The position numbers and the translations under genes are program-made. The notes under the pieces are model-generated. The model was not told the DNA's origin. It searched no databases and saw only the letters and a program-made list of their open reading frames with translations. A stretch of 64,000 nucleotides of DNA, taken from assembly GCF_009914755.1 (NCBI RefSeq), contig NC_060939.1, one strand, 5' to 3'. This DNA is from the human T2T-CHM13v2.0 reference genome, Homo sapiens. Within the stretch, counting starts at the first letter, position 1. Each line of letters starts with the position of its first letter. Positions 12,076 to 24,435 of this stretch are shown here, piece after piece.

Positions 12076-13064
12076 CCCTCCAGATGACTCTTTGCATTCT
12101 TGTCAAATATATTTAGAACAAGAGGTGTCCACTTAAAGAGAAACGTTTGTTAATCACTTAAATGCAGGCGCTTGGCAGCCCTCCAGTTTCACCTTTATAA
12201 ATATGTAGGATCGGTTTCCAGCTAAGCAGGGAACTCCACAGCGAGTTCCCTTTCTCTCCGCGTCCCCTCGAATTGACCTAAGGTGGATGTCCCTAGCACC
12301 TTATTAATTTTCTATCCCAGTGGGCTTTCTGGAGTTAAGGCCAGTCTTCTATCTGGAAGTTGACGGAGATAAATAAATGATGCACCGTGGAGGGAGGGAG
12401 AGAGAGAGAATGAGAGGAGTGTTTCTTTAAGTAAGGGACAGATTAAAGTGAAATTCCTGTTGACGGAGGCGCTGGTGTCGACATCCTCCTTGTTTACCAG
12501 CAGCTGTCCCTGTTAATGACACTCTGATAACTTTCGGAGGCTGCCCTGCGGTAGTAGGGGAGAAGAAGATAAAGAGGCCTCTGTTTAAATACTCCGGGCC
12601 TCGACCCCACTCTTTTTAACTTCCCTTCCTTTAAGAATGGGTGAAACTGTTCAGAAGGGGCAAATCCTGGGTGCAGAGATTTTTGCCCCGGAAATTTTGA
12701 GTTCACAGCATAAAAACTCTGCAGAGCTGATGCCTATTCCAGGAGTGGAAACTCAGGGTTGGCGGTGGGGGGCAGAAAAGGCAGCTGGTCTGCAAGGTGA
12801 GGAGGTCTGCAGGAGGCCGGAGGAGAACTCTTCCTTTTGTTTTAAAAACCCTGACACTTCCCTGCCCTCCCCCGGCCCCACCCCAAACAAGTCTTACAGA
12901 GGTAACTAAGTATGTTAGGGACAAGGTTACAGAATGAAGGTTCTTTGAGGGCCAATGTATCCTTAGCGTTAACCACATGAAAATCACTTTGAACACTTGG
13001 AACACTCTCCCTCATGAAATTCTCAGGTTTTGGGGGACCTTGCCGGGCACCCAGGCTAAAACTT

Positions 13065-13180
13065 TGAATGTGCAGCTGAGAAAGCAGTTCCAGTAGGTGA
13101 AGGGACCTGCCTAAAATCACTTAGTAAGTTTTGTGGCAGGATGAGGACTGGAACCCAGTTCCCTGTCCAACGTTCTTTTC
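13065..13180 (-). mobile_element. MIR fragment
   Basis: 'gaagggacctgcctaaaatcacttagtaag...gactggaacccag'. Confidence 0.6.
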
Positions 13181-13924
13181 AGACAGACAAATAGATATGA
13201 AATACTTTATATTTCATATAATACATATAAATATAAATTTATATATTTTTTAAATTTCCACCTCCCATCCTGAGATAGCAGGCAGACAGCGGCAGCTATC
13301 TAGTCTTTCACACTGAAAAAAAGCCAAAGCTCTCACTTGGCTCAAGTCCCAGACTGGTAGATGCTTGGGCTTCCCTCAAGACCCACCTCCGCCCCGATTA
13401 TTTCATGAATACAATTCACTTAAAGATCAACAAACGTGGAATCCCATAATCTTATTCATGCTCTAACCAGTCAGGCAGACATGCCTCCAATAAAGCAAGC
13501 ACAGAGGACAAATGTTTTCCTGCCTATGGAAAATGAAGATGGTGTGGAACAAATGATCTTGCGTTTTTTTGCACCTCTGTATTTTGTCACCTAAAGCGTG
13601 TCCTTTATTCATCTCAAGAGATTTGGGGAGGGAAAAAATAAATTAAATGGCAAAGTATTTTGAGTTCACATGCTCAGAAGAAAGATGTTGACATTTTTGA
13701 TCCATGTAATTTTCTCTGGAAAGTTCTTTATAATGTTTTTAAAGATCGACGACAATGATGTACTTTCCAGTGGCTTACGGTAACACAAGTTCATCATTTA
13801 TATTCCACATGGTAGTGACTCCACAACTTTCTCTTTATATATAGTAAGGTATGGTAGAATTATTCTCTCTACAAAATTTTAATTCAGCTTATAATCTGTT
13901 TATGGCAATTTGTTAACTACCAAT

Positions 13925-14336
13925 TGTTATGGGTTGAACTGTGTTCCCCCAAAATTCACATGTTGAATTTCTAACCCCCCAGTTATGAGAGTTTATTTGG
14001 AGATAGGCTCTTGGCAGAGGTAATCAATTTAAAATAAGTTCACCAACGTGGACCCTAATCCAATATGATTGCTGTTTTCTTAAAAAGGGGAAATTTAGAA
14101 ACAGAGATATGCATGCATTGATGATATAAAGAGATGTAGGGAGAAAGCCACCATCTTCAAGTCAAGGACAGAGGTCTGGAGAGGATCCCTTCCTCACAGC
14201 CATCAGAAGGAACCAGCCCTGTCGACACCTTAAATGTTGACTTATATCCTCCAGAACTGCAAAACAATAAATTTCTGTTGTTGAAGCCATCCAGGCTGTG
14301 GTACTTGCTTATGTGAGAACCCTAGCATACCAACCA
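13925..14336 (+). mobile_element. MaLR solo LTR (MLT1B-like)
   Basis: Starts 'tgttatgggttgaactgtgttccccc'; contains 'cagaaggaaccagccctgtcgacacctt' and 'cctccagaactg...aataaatttctgttgttgaagcca'. Confidence 0.9.
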
Positions 14337-15179
14337 ATTTTAGCCACTCAGTAACTTTAATATCCCCTCAGATCAATATTTCAAAAACATATGAAACCAA
14401 ATTAAATGGCTTAAAATTATGTTTAAAGTGTCCTATGTAATGGGGAGGCAAAAGGAACTAATACGTATTGTGCATCTATCATATCCTGGGCAGAATTTGG
14501 AGAACTTGATATATTTTTGTTGATTTCACACGTATAAACCACTCTTTCAACAATAAAATTTTATCTAATTCAATAGAAACACATCTTGTGCAGAAGAACA
14601 TTTACAGTAAACATGAGTAATTTAAATGAGTACCAATTAAGGGGATTGTACCTTGCTTAGTATATTTCATCAAATTATACATCATAAGAGGTAGAATCTT
14701 CTCTACATCATGAGCAATGGTACTTGTTGAATTCTTCTCCATCATTTCACCCACATTTTTTGATGTATCATATAATTGATGGTTGAAAAGTTTATAGTAG
14801 GTTTTGTCAAGGACCCAGTTGTGAACAGAGATTATAAATAAGCACAGTCAATCAAGAAGATTTATCAAGTAGGCGCTCTGTATACGGCACTAGAAGGAGA
14901 AGGGGAGGTTGCAGAAGCCACACCGCCTGGTTTGGGCTACGTAAGAGTCTAATTGGTGAGAACAGCTATAAGCAAGTCAAGAAGGCAAATTAATAATATG
15001 CTTTGGGGCAATATCTCAGCAATGCAAAAGAAAAGGAACTCAAGACACGGGCCATAAATCCCTGTGTGCCAGTAATAGTCCCAGTTTACACTTGCTGTCT
15101 CCGATTAATTGTTAAGAGTGGTTTTTTTTCATTCCCCAAAATGTCTGAGGTTGCTTGAAAAAGTCTGGGGTCACTCTAG

Positions 15180-15378
15180 CTGGGGACTTCTCGACCGCCA
15201 CACTACTAAAGTTGGAAGATGGATGATTCTTTGTTGGGGGGCTGTCCTATGCACTGCAGGATGCTTGGCAGTTTCTCTAGCCTCCACCCATGAGATGCCA
15301 TAAGCAATGCCCTCTCTCCTTTGTGACAACCAAAAATGTCCCCTACAAGGCAAAACCACCCCCAGTTGACAACCACTG
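15180..15378 (-). mobile_element. MER20 (hAT-Charlie DNA transposon)
   Basis: 'ctttgttggggggctgtcctatgcactg', 'gtgacaaccaaaaatgtc', terminal 'cccccagttgacaaccactg'. Confidence 0.85.
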
Positions 15379-15425
15379 TACAGGAACAATGATTACATCA
15401 CGGAAAACTATCTTCAGAAGATTAG

Positions 15426-15786
<361 letters not shown>

Positions 15787-16212
15787 AAAAGGAGAACATT
15801 TTCTATATAAAAGTATGAAAGTGGAAAACAGCAAGTTGAAGTCAGAAGTCCAAGGGATGGCAGTAACCACGAATAAAGATTGGGGAGTTAAACAAGTTAA
15901 CCAACCTGTTTACCAAGCTAAAGCTATGTTGATGTACCCCGCAAGAACACTTAAAAACAATAAATTACTAAAATCTCTAATTTCTGGCGCATCCACAGTT
16001 CTCGGCACAGTGTATTAGAACTAGACTGTTTACATTGCTTAGCTTCTTAATATTTAGAGAGGCAGAGAGTGACACCCTCCACAATTGTTTTCTGAAAGAA
16101 GAAGAGTAGATAAGAGCAGTAATAATAATAGCAGCAGCTATTTATTTGGAGTCTCTTACAACCAAGACCTTTTATAGACATTATCTATTATCTGGTTTAA
16201 TACCCTGTAGAC

Positions 16213-16513
16213 TTTTTTTTTTCTTTGAGATGGAGTCTTGCTCTGTTGCCCAGGCTGGAATGCAGTGGCGCAATCTTGGCTCACAACACTCACCACAACC
16301 TCCACCTCCTGTTCAAGCAATTCTCCTGCCTCAGCCTCCTGAGTAGCTGAGATTACTGGCGCCAGCCACCACTCCCAGCTAATTTTTGTATTTTTAGTAG
16401 AGACGGGGTTTCACCATGTTGGTCAGGCTGGTCTTGAACTCCTGACCTCGTGATCTGCCCACCTCAGCCTTCCAAAGTGCTGGGATTACAGGCATGAGCC
16501 ACCGTGCCCGGCC
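16213..16513 (-). mobile_element. AluS (Sg/Sx-like) inserted in MIR-derived sequence
   Basis: Full antisense Alu; degenerate TSD 'ataccctgtagac' / 'atcccttgaagac'. Confidence 0.95.
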
Positions 16514-17333
16514 ATCCCTTGAAGACTTTCCCAAGACCAGTATTAACTTCTCTGGGCCTCAGTTTCCTAAGCTGCGACATGAGTGAAGGTAGGTGGTGTC
16601 ACACATCTATTAAGTGTCAGGGTCATGACTTGAACCCAGGTCCAGCTCCCCTAAGCCTGTGTGTGTTTCCCTTGCCTCACTGCACTGGCTGGCAGAAGAG
16701 CAAGCAGAGAAGATTTCACGTAAAAAGAGAACACAACCAGTTAAAGAACACAGTAAACATGATCATTCTTCGTACAGACTCTGAAACACGGGGAGGTGGG
16801 GAAAGGCTTTTCTTTTTCAATTTCAAATTAACCTTTAATGACTGAGGGTGTCCTTATTTATCAAAATGAAGTAAGCTTTGTCTGGTGTCTTTCATTTACA
16901 TTAGGTGATCATTTTGGATTAGGGGTCTTCAGATGTGTTGATGTTTAGTAGAAGTATATCAATATGATTCTGAATGCCGGCCAGGGTAAATTCTCTCAAA
17001 ATGAAGAGTTAAATGCTGAATTTTTGTTTCAGACTCTTCCAGGTCAAGATTTTCAATATCCAAAGGCAGAATCTCCTCCCATCTTGCTTCATTCTTAGTT
17101 CTTCTTTTACTCAGTAAATTTAGCTCACACATGCGGCTGGAAGGAAGTTATTTGGTTACAAGGGGATTTCCATGAAGACGTGAGCAGTATCCATTATTAC
17201 CATCACTGGTTACTTTCTTTGCCCCACTAAGCTAAATGGGGAAAGACAAAGTACTCACAGTGCCAGGCTAGTGGGAAAAAAAAGAAATTCAGTAAAATGT
17301 AGTCATGTGTGATTTGTACCAAAAATAATTATT

Positions 17334-17635
<302 letters not shown>

Positions 17636-17774
17636 TTATTATTAATACCCCCACAGAGAGAGGTAGGATTTAAGCCAGGCCAGAGTATATGCTTTTTGTC
17701 TATCCGCATTAGAGCAGTATGGTGCTTTTCATCTACTATTTCATTGTATCAACACCCAAACCCAAAGACAGAAG

Positions 17775-17925
17775 ACATATTATGACCCCTCTAACTTAGG
17801 GGAAGAAAGAGAGGATCAAGGGAAATTAAATAACCTGCCCAAGGTCGAGTGGCTAGGAAGTAATGTGGCCATGATTCAAACCCAGTTCTACCTGATTCCA
17901 AAGCCTGTAGTCTTTCCACTAACAC
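17775..17925 (-). mobile_element. MIR SINE
   Basis: 'ttaaataacctgcccaaggtc...gattcaaacccag...ctgattccaaagcc'. Confidence 0.75.
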
Positions 17926-18629
17926 AAGTAATTCAAGAAAAATTTAGCTATATAATTTAAGGAAGTGAGAAGATCAAATTTCCAGCCTATCCCAGAGAAG
18001 ACAAGGTAAACCCCAGGTCAGTAGAGAGGTACTGAAGGCTTTTGGGCTCCCAGGATGCAGTTTACATCAGCACCGTGCAGTCCACTAAATGACATCCCCT
18101 CCCAGAAGAGCAGCAGTTGAACATCACCTTGTCTGGAGGACTTAACAACCCTCCATTTCCAACCCTTGGGAGGTAAACATTATGCTAGATGGTGGCTTTA
18201 AATCATCTTTTCCAACATAAATGATATTGCAAAAAGTCCAAGAAGAGGCAGATAAATTCACTGGGATCTGAGCACAGGCTTTTTATTTTGCGGTGCTGAA
18301 GTATCATTAGCCAGGCATCTCACAGAGAAGGGAACCTCCAGTGCTCCCCAGCTAGACACAATCCTTGTCCTGGATAGAACACTCATCCACACCCACTGGA
18401 GCCTCGTGGAAGGGTCCAGGAGAGCAAGCTGTGAGGAAGTAAGGAGGTTGGAGACTTTCACAGGCTGCCCTTGTGCTCTTCGTTCCTCTTGCTTTTCTAG
18501 TACTGTGAGAAGATGTGCAGTAGGAAGAAGGATCTCCTGGGTCCATTTCTACAAGGCAGTCTAAGTGAGGGGGAGTACCAGGAGCAGGTGAAGGGAGCAC
18601 ATAAACTTTCAAATGTGTGCAGGTGTCTA

Positions 18630-19000
18630 TGTATCACTTCAACAAATACATCCAGCATCACTCAGATGCTTTACTGAACAAAACAAAGTGCTGTCCCCCG
18701 TGCAGCTTGTAATCTTGCAGGGCAAAAAGAAGACCTGGGAACAAATTTAGGAGGTCATGGGTTGATGAGAATGGGGGAGGTGCAATGTTCTATAGCATTT
18801 TCACACAAGGGCTTTCCAAGGAGATGACATAAGAACAGAAAACAAAACAAAGCACAGAAATGAGCCAGAACAATCTCTGAGGAAAGAATCTTCCTGGGAG
18901 AGGGAACCACAAGTGCAAATTCTCCAAAGGATGCCAATGTACTAATAGTAAAAGGATGGAGGGGAGAATGCAGACCATGGCAGGCCAATAAACTACTGAG
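18630..19000 (-). mobile_element. L2 fragment
   Basis: 'gaacaaaacaaagt...ccccgtgcagcttgtaatct' and 'agagggaaccacaagtgcaaa'. Confidence 0.55.
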
Positions 19001-19150
19001 AGACATATCTTATTAATTCTAACTGCTGCACAGTATTACTTGCAGGAATATACCATATTCATTAATTCCTCTATTGACATACATTTAGGTTGTTTCCAGT
19101 TATTCACTCATAAGCTATGATGGGATAGTTTTCTCTACGGTACATATAAG

Positions 19151-19505
19151 TGATATATGGTTTGGCTCTGTGTCCCCACCCAAATCTCATCTTGAATTGT
19201 ACTCCCATAATTCCCACATGTTGTGGGAGGGATGCGGTGGGAATAATTTTAGTCAGTATGTGATTTCCCCCATACTGTTCTGGTGGTAGCAAATAAGCCT
19301 CACAAGATCTGATGGTTTTGTAAGGGGTTTTCACTTTTGCATCTTCCTCATTTTCTCTTGCTGCCGCCATGTAAGATGTGCCTTTCACCTCCCGCCATGA
19401 TTCTGAGGCCTCCCCAGCCACGTGAAACTGTAAGTTCAATTAAACATCTTTTTCTTCCCAGTCCCGGGTATATCTTTATCAGCAGCATGAAAACAGACTA
19501 ATACA
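19151..19505 (+). mobile_element. THE1 solo LTR (THE1A-like)
   Basis: Starts 'tgatatatggtttggctctgtgtccccacccaaatctcatcttgaattgt', ends 'cagcatgaaaacagactaataca'; 5-bp TSD ataag/gtaag. Confidence 0.95.
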
Positions 19506-20186
19506 GTAAGGAAGTACAATTGCTGGTGATAGTGGATGAACATCTTCTGCTTTGTTACATATTACGGAGTCAAAGTCATTCTCCAGAGTGTTTGTTCTAA
19601 TTTACAGCCCTTACAGTAGTGTATGAAGCTCCATTTTCCTCACATTTTCCCCAATATTTGGTGTTATTTGGTGTTATCGGATTTTTTTGTTGTTGTTTGC
19701 TTTTTTTTTTTTTTTGCCATTCTGATGGGTTGGAAACACTCTGTCTTCATCCTTTTAATTTGTATTTCCCTAATATCAAAGTATGAAAGAGGGATGAATT
19801 TTTTTTCAAACATTTATTGTTGATTCAAGTTTCCTCTTTTGTGACTGGTCTTTCCTAACCTCTGCTCATTTTTCTCTTTGACTATTTGTCTTTGATAAAC
19901 ATGTAGAACTTCTATGTTCAGAATATGAACTCTTTTGTAAGTATTAAAATATGTTATCCAGGATGTAGGATTTTAAAAATATTTTAGGGTATATGCAACC
20001 AAAGAAAAGAATTTTAATAGAATAGATCGAATTTGATTTAATCAAATGTATTAATAGACTTATGATTTGCACTTTTTATATGTTTAAAAATTATTTCCTA
20101 TCATAATGCCATAAACATATTCTCTTCCTTTTCTGTCTAAGAATGTTAAAGGATTGCTTCCAAATGTTAGTATCTGAAGTTCATTT

Positions 20187-20375
20187 TATATATATATGTA
20201 AAATATATATATAAACATATATATGTAAAAAATATATATAAACATATATATGTAAAATATATATAAACATATGTATGTAAAATATATATAAACATATATA
20301 TGTAAAATATATATAAACATATATATGTAAAATATATATAAACATATATATATATAAACATATATATATATATAT
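20187..20375. repeat. AT-rich minisatellite, 25-bp unit catatatatgtaaaatatatataaa, about 6 copies, then (TA)n
   Basis: 25-bp periodicity read directly from the sequence. Confidence 0.9.
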
Positions 20376-20769
20376 GATATCTATATCTACTTTTTTTGTA
20401 TGGAAAGCCCATTTCCCCCCACTGGTCTGTAAGACTATTTCTTTTCCATTCTCATATCTATGTAGGTCTGTTCCTGGGATCTTTATTTCTCTACCAGTGT
20501 ACCACCAGCACACTGTCTTGAATATGATCACTTTAACATCATTCAGTCTCTAACTGCGCATGTGCTTTTTCTTTACTCTCCCTCTTCAAAATCACTATTT
20601 TGAGCTATTTGGGGTTCTTGATTCTTCCAGATGAATTAACTAGTTCCACATGAACTGACTAGCTCTGTGAAGAAAAAAATCTGTTGGAGTTTTAATTAAA
20701 GTTTTAGATTACTTTTGGGATAATTGATCTATTTAGGAAAATAAATCTTCCCATATATAAAATATCTAA

Positions 20770-20995
20770 GGCCAGGTGCAGTGACTCTTGGCTGTAATCC
20801 CCGTCTCTACTAAAAATACAAAAAAATTAGCCGAGCATGGTGGTGTGTGCCTGTAATCCCAGCTACTCGGGAGGCTGAGGCAAGAGAATCACTTGAACCC
20901 AGGAAGCGGAGGTTGCACTGAGCTGAGGCTGCCCCACTGCACTCCAGCCTGGGTGACAGAATGGGACTCCATCTCAAAAACAAAATAAAATAAAA
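20770..20995 (+). mobile_element. AluS with an internal deletion of about 78 bp in the left monomer
   Basis: Junction 'tgtaatcc|ccgtctctactaaaaatac'; TSD about aaaatatc(t/c)a. Confidence 0.9.
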
Positions 20996-22418
20996 TATCC
21001 ATGTATATGTCGTTTTGTGTCCTTTGACACTGTTGTACAATATTCTTCATACGGGGCATCCATTTCTTACATTTACTCATTGACACCTGGTGCTTATTGG
21101 GCATAGAATCCTTTAAAGAATACATTTTCTAATTGGCCACGGTGATATTTAGGGACACAATCAAGTACATGTATTGGTACTTATATATCAACGTTGTATG
21201 TGTCAAATTTCCAAAATTCATTGAAAATTTGTATTAAAAATTATACTACCTGTAATCATGACAGTTTCTTCATTCCAATAATTATAGCTCATATTTCTTT
21301 TGTGTATTGCACTGTCTAGGACCTAGAAAGAGTAATAAAGGAATGGAATTCATTGTCTTATTCTTCACTTTATAGGAAATGTTCCTTACACATCAGTATC
21401 AAATATGATTTTTTGTTTTAAGTATTTGTAGATACTTTATCAAATTAAGAAAGTTCCTTTTTGTTTCCAAAAAGCCCAAGGAATTCTGACACAGTAATGG
21501 AAATCCAATTGCAATTCGCATGCTGGCATCAGGCATGTAATAAGTGTGGTCCATTTTTCATCAATAGAATGATAAATGTTGATAATGCAATTGTCTAAAT
21601 GTTTACAGAGTTTATAGAGGATATTCTTGCCAACTTTCTTCTGTGGGCTAATATTTGGGATTTAGTAGTAGAATAATGTAAAATTTTCTATAAAACAATC
21701 TCTTCGGGCTTAAATAATCTCTTTGAGCAGCGTTGCAAGAGTTTAGCTTTAGTCCTTTAGAGTAATGGAGTTCTATCTCTTGCCTAACAAAAGTAATATT
21801 ATTCTGAGAGCTCAAGATATAGAAAATTATATATTAGAAAATTCTTACAAAAATTATAAACCCAGCAGACCTATACTAACTTCTGTTTCCAAATCTCTTA
21901 TTCTAACAGCATTTCAGAAATAACTCAGGGATTAAAATGGCCTGTCAGGTTGACATCCACATTTCTAGATTAATTCACTTCACATGAATACATTTTTCAA
22001 TAACTTTATTGAGAGTTCCAAAAATATTTACAAGGCTTTATTTGATCCTGATTTTACTTTAATCACACTCACTTCTCTAAGGGTAAAAAATGATATGTTT
22101 TAACTAAATATAACTGAAATTTTAAAATGATACAATTAAAGGCTTTTCAGAAATGCAATGTAAACTATCTGAAGGAGTGACAGAGAATTATTGGAAGTAT
22201 ATTCAGGAAATGGAAAGATTCAAAGCAATAGCTAAGAAAATAATGCACCCTCAGGAGGCTCAAGGATTAGAGCCAGATGCATGATGTTACTCTTTCTTTT
22301 TCTTTCTCCCTCTCTCTCTCTCTTCCTCTCTCTCTTTCTCCTTCCATTCATCCATCCTACTCTCATCTTTGCTCCACTCTCTCAGCCTTCCTCTAGTAGT
22401 GCAGAAAATAGACGCTCT

Positions 22419-22561
22419 CAGGATAAACAGCTAACGCATGCGGGGCTTAAAACCTAGGTGATGGGTTGATGGGTGCAGCAAACCACCACGGCACACATAT
22501 CCCTACGTAACAAACCTGCACGTTCCGCACATGTATCCCGGAAGTCAAAGTAAAATTAAGA
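22419..22561 (+). mobile_element. 5'-truncated L1PA (about L1PA8-13) 3' end
   Basis: 'gcggggcttaaaacctaggtgatgggttgatgggtgcagcaaaccacc...aacaaacctgcacgtt'; 16-bp TSD agaaaataga(c/t)gctct at 22403-22418 and 22562-22577. Confidence 0.92.
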
Positions 22562-22584
22562 AGAAAATAGATGCTCTACAAAAT

Positions 22585-23136
22585 GCTCAGGAAGTCCCCA
22601 AATCCACCCTCAGGTTTAACAATTTATTAGTAGGACTCACAGAACTCAGAAAAGCCCCTACTCTCATGGTTACGATTTATTGCAGTGAAAGGATACAGAG
22701 AGGAGGTGCATAGGGTCGGGTCTAGGACATACCAGGCATGGAGTTTCAGTTCTCTCTCAGCAGATAATGCAAACATGATATATTTCTCCCAGCAAGAATA
22801 TATAGCAATGCACACCGAATATTACCAACCAGGGAAACTCACCCAAGCTTTGTTGTCCAGAGTTTTTACTGGGAGTTGGCCATTCGGACATTCTGTTCAC
22901 CCATGTGACTACCCTTAGTCTCTAACCCCTCTGGAGCTTGAGTGGTACCACATGTCCAAAGGCCCCCCCACCAAAAGTTACATTGTAAGCACAGACTATC
23001 TGGTATTGCTCAAGACCTCCAGTAAACAAAGACACTCCTACAGGCAGAACATTCCAAGGGCTTAGAAATTACAGCCCTGCAGCTGGGAGCAAAAGGGCCA
23101 AACCTCTCCAGGGCAAAGTTAATCCTTTACTGCATA
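22585..23136 (-). mobile_element. MER21-family solo LTR (MER21C-like)
   Basis: 'gtccccaaatccaccctcagg...ggactcacagaactcagaaaagc...gtgaaaggatacag', ending 'gggcaaagttaatcctttactgca'. Confidence 0.8.
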
Positions 23137-24269
23137 CCCTGAAGACTGAGGTCACATGCTTACCAACCCAGGAAGGAAGAATTGTTTTCCCTAATACTTG
23201 CAGTATAACAAACTCCAGGGAACAATTCTGATTGGCCCAGCTTGGGCCGCATGCTCGTCTCTGCACGAGTCACTGTGGCTCAGGGAATGAGGTAATATGA
23301 TTGGCCCAGCCTGTGTCATGCACTCAGCTTCGAGGTCAGAGAACCGAACCATTTACCAGAAGAATTTCATGTTTGTCAATGCAAATAACAGCAACTACAA
23401 CAACAACCACCGTAGACATTAAAAAAACAAAACAAAAAAATGCAATAAACCATCGTCTTGCTCTTCTCACTTTAAATTAAGTTCTGATTTCTAGATCAGG
23501 ATATCTACAGATCTAAGGGAAGCAGATCTTAAGTTAACTAATTACGTTTGTAGGATATCAGAAACATCCACTCAGCTCTTTCCTATTTATATAATCGGTG
23601 GGAAAAATATAATTCAAAACAGCCAAGGGAGTGAGATTTTTATTTTTGAATATTAATTTTTGCCACTCTGATTGTACCCCAAAGTTTTAAACATTTTGTC
23701 TTGTATATGATGATTCCTACTTGATGTCGTTACTTGTGATGAGAACAAGGATTAGGGATTTATTATTGCCACTCAAAAATATTATGAGTTTTAAGAAAAC
23801 AGGAAATTATTAGAAACTGGAGTTTTAAAAAATGTTTGTTATCACAAATATCCTTTCATAACAATCATTTAAATTATTACACTATGGTTTTCATATGCAC
23901 TTACTAATGCTTTTATGGGGAATAAATCTGAATATGAAAAAAACTGGATAATGGGAAGTTGATTCAAACTTAAAAGAAATATGTCCTTAAAAGCAACGCA
24001 TTATTTATAAGCAAGCCAACTCCAGATATTCCTTAAAGTGATTACCCAATTAAATTCTGGTATTAGAGGTTACTGAGATTTTTTTTAATATTCCTGACTT
24101 GAAAAAATGTCCTAGATTTAATAGGCTATCATAGGACACAGTTCTGTGGCACCTGTGATTTTAGCTGAGTTCACTGGGAAACTAGATGCAACGTAAATAT
24201 TAGCACATAAACAAAGTTACCTGTTTGTACTTGGCAAAGTACAAACTAAAATATAATAATGATTATAAT

Positions 24270-24435
24270 TATATCACCTAATTTCATAACAATCAAATCA
24301 TGTGCTTATTTTACAAATGTAAAAGATGCTCTCAAACAGCAGCACGCAGGTGGCCCTAGTGCCATAGGTAGCATATTGATCGTGGAGGGACTGGAATTCA
24401 CGTCTCACCCCAAAGCTGTATACTTAATCAATCAC
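24270..24435 (-). mobile_element. MIR fragment
   Basis: 'cttattttacaaatg...gggactggaattca...cccaaagc...cttaatca'. Confidence 0.5.

Larger units (their letters stand above)
19020..21480 (-). mobile_element. Old L1M fragment interrupted by a THE1 LTR, an AT minisatellite and an Alu
   Basis: 'acatttaggttgtttccagtt', 'ttttgccattctgatgggt...tttaatttgtatttccctaat', 'tttgtagatactttatcaaattaagaaagttcc'. Confidence 0.8.
22200..23345 (-). mobile_element. Old MaLR LTR (MLT1J/K-like) hosting L1PA and MER21 insertions
   Basis: CT-rich segment at 22290-22400 and, beyond MER21, two 'tgattggcccagc' blocks (23229, 23298) with 'tcactgtggc', typical of MLT1J/K. Confidence 0.55.

Noticed and set aside
19240-19260. 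DUX4 site normally found in THE1 LTRs (TAATTGAATCA)
   Set aside because: Here it reads taattttagtca and is degraded.
19104-19439. 111-aa minus-strand ORF
   Set aside because: Antisense reading of the THE1 LTR.
20167-20531. Y/I-rich ORFs and a regularly spaced repeat that superficially resembles an array
   Set aside because: Translation of an AT minisatellite. The units are contiguous with no unique spacers, so it is not CRISPR, and the DNA is primate.
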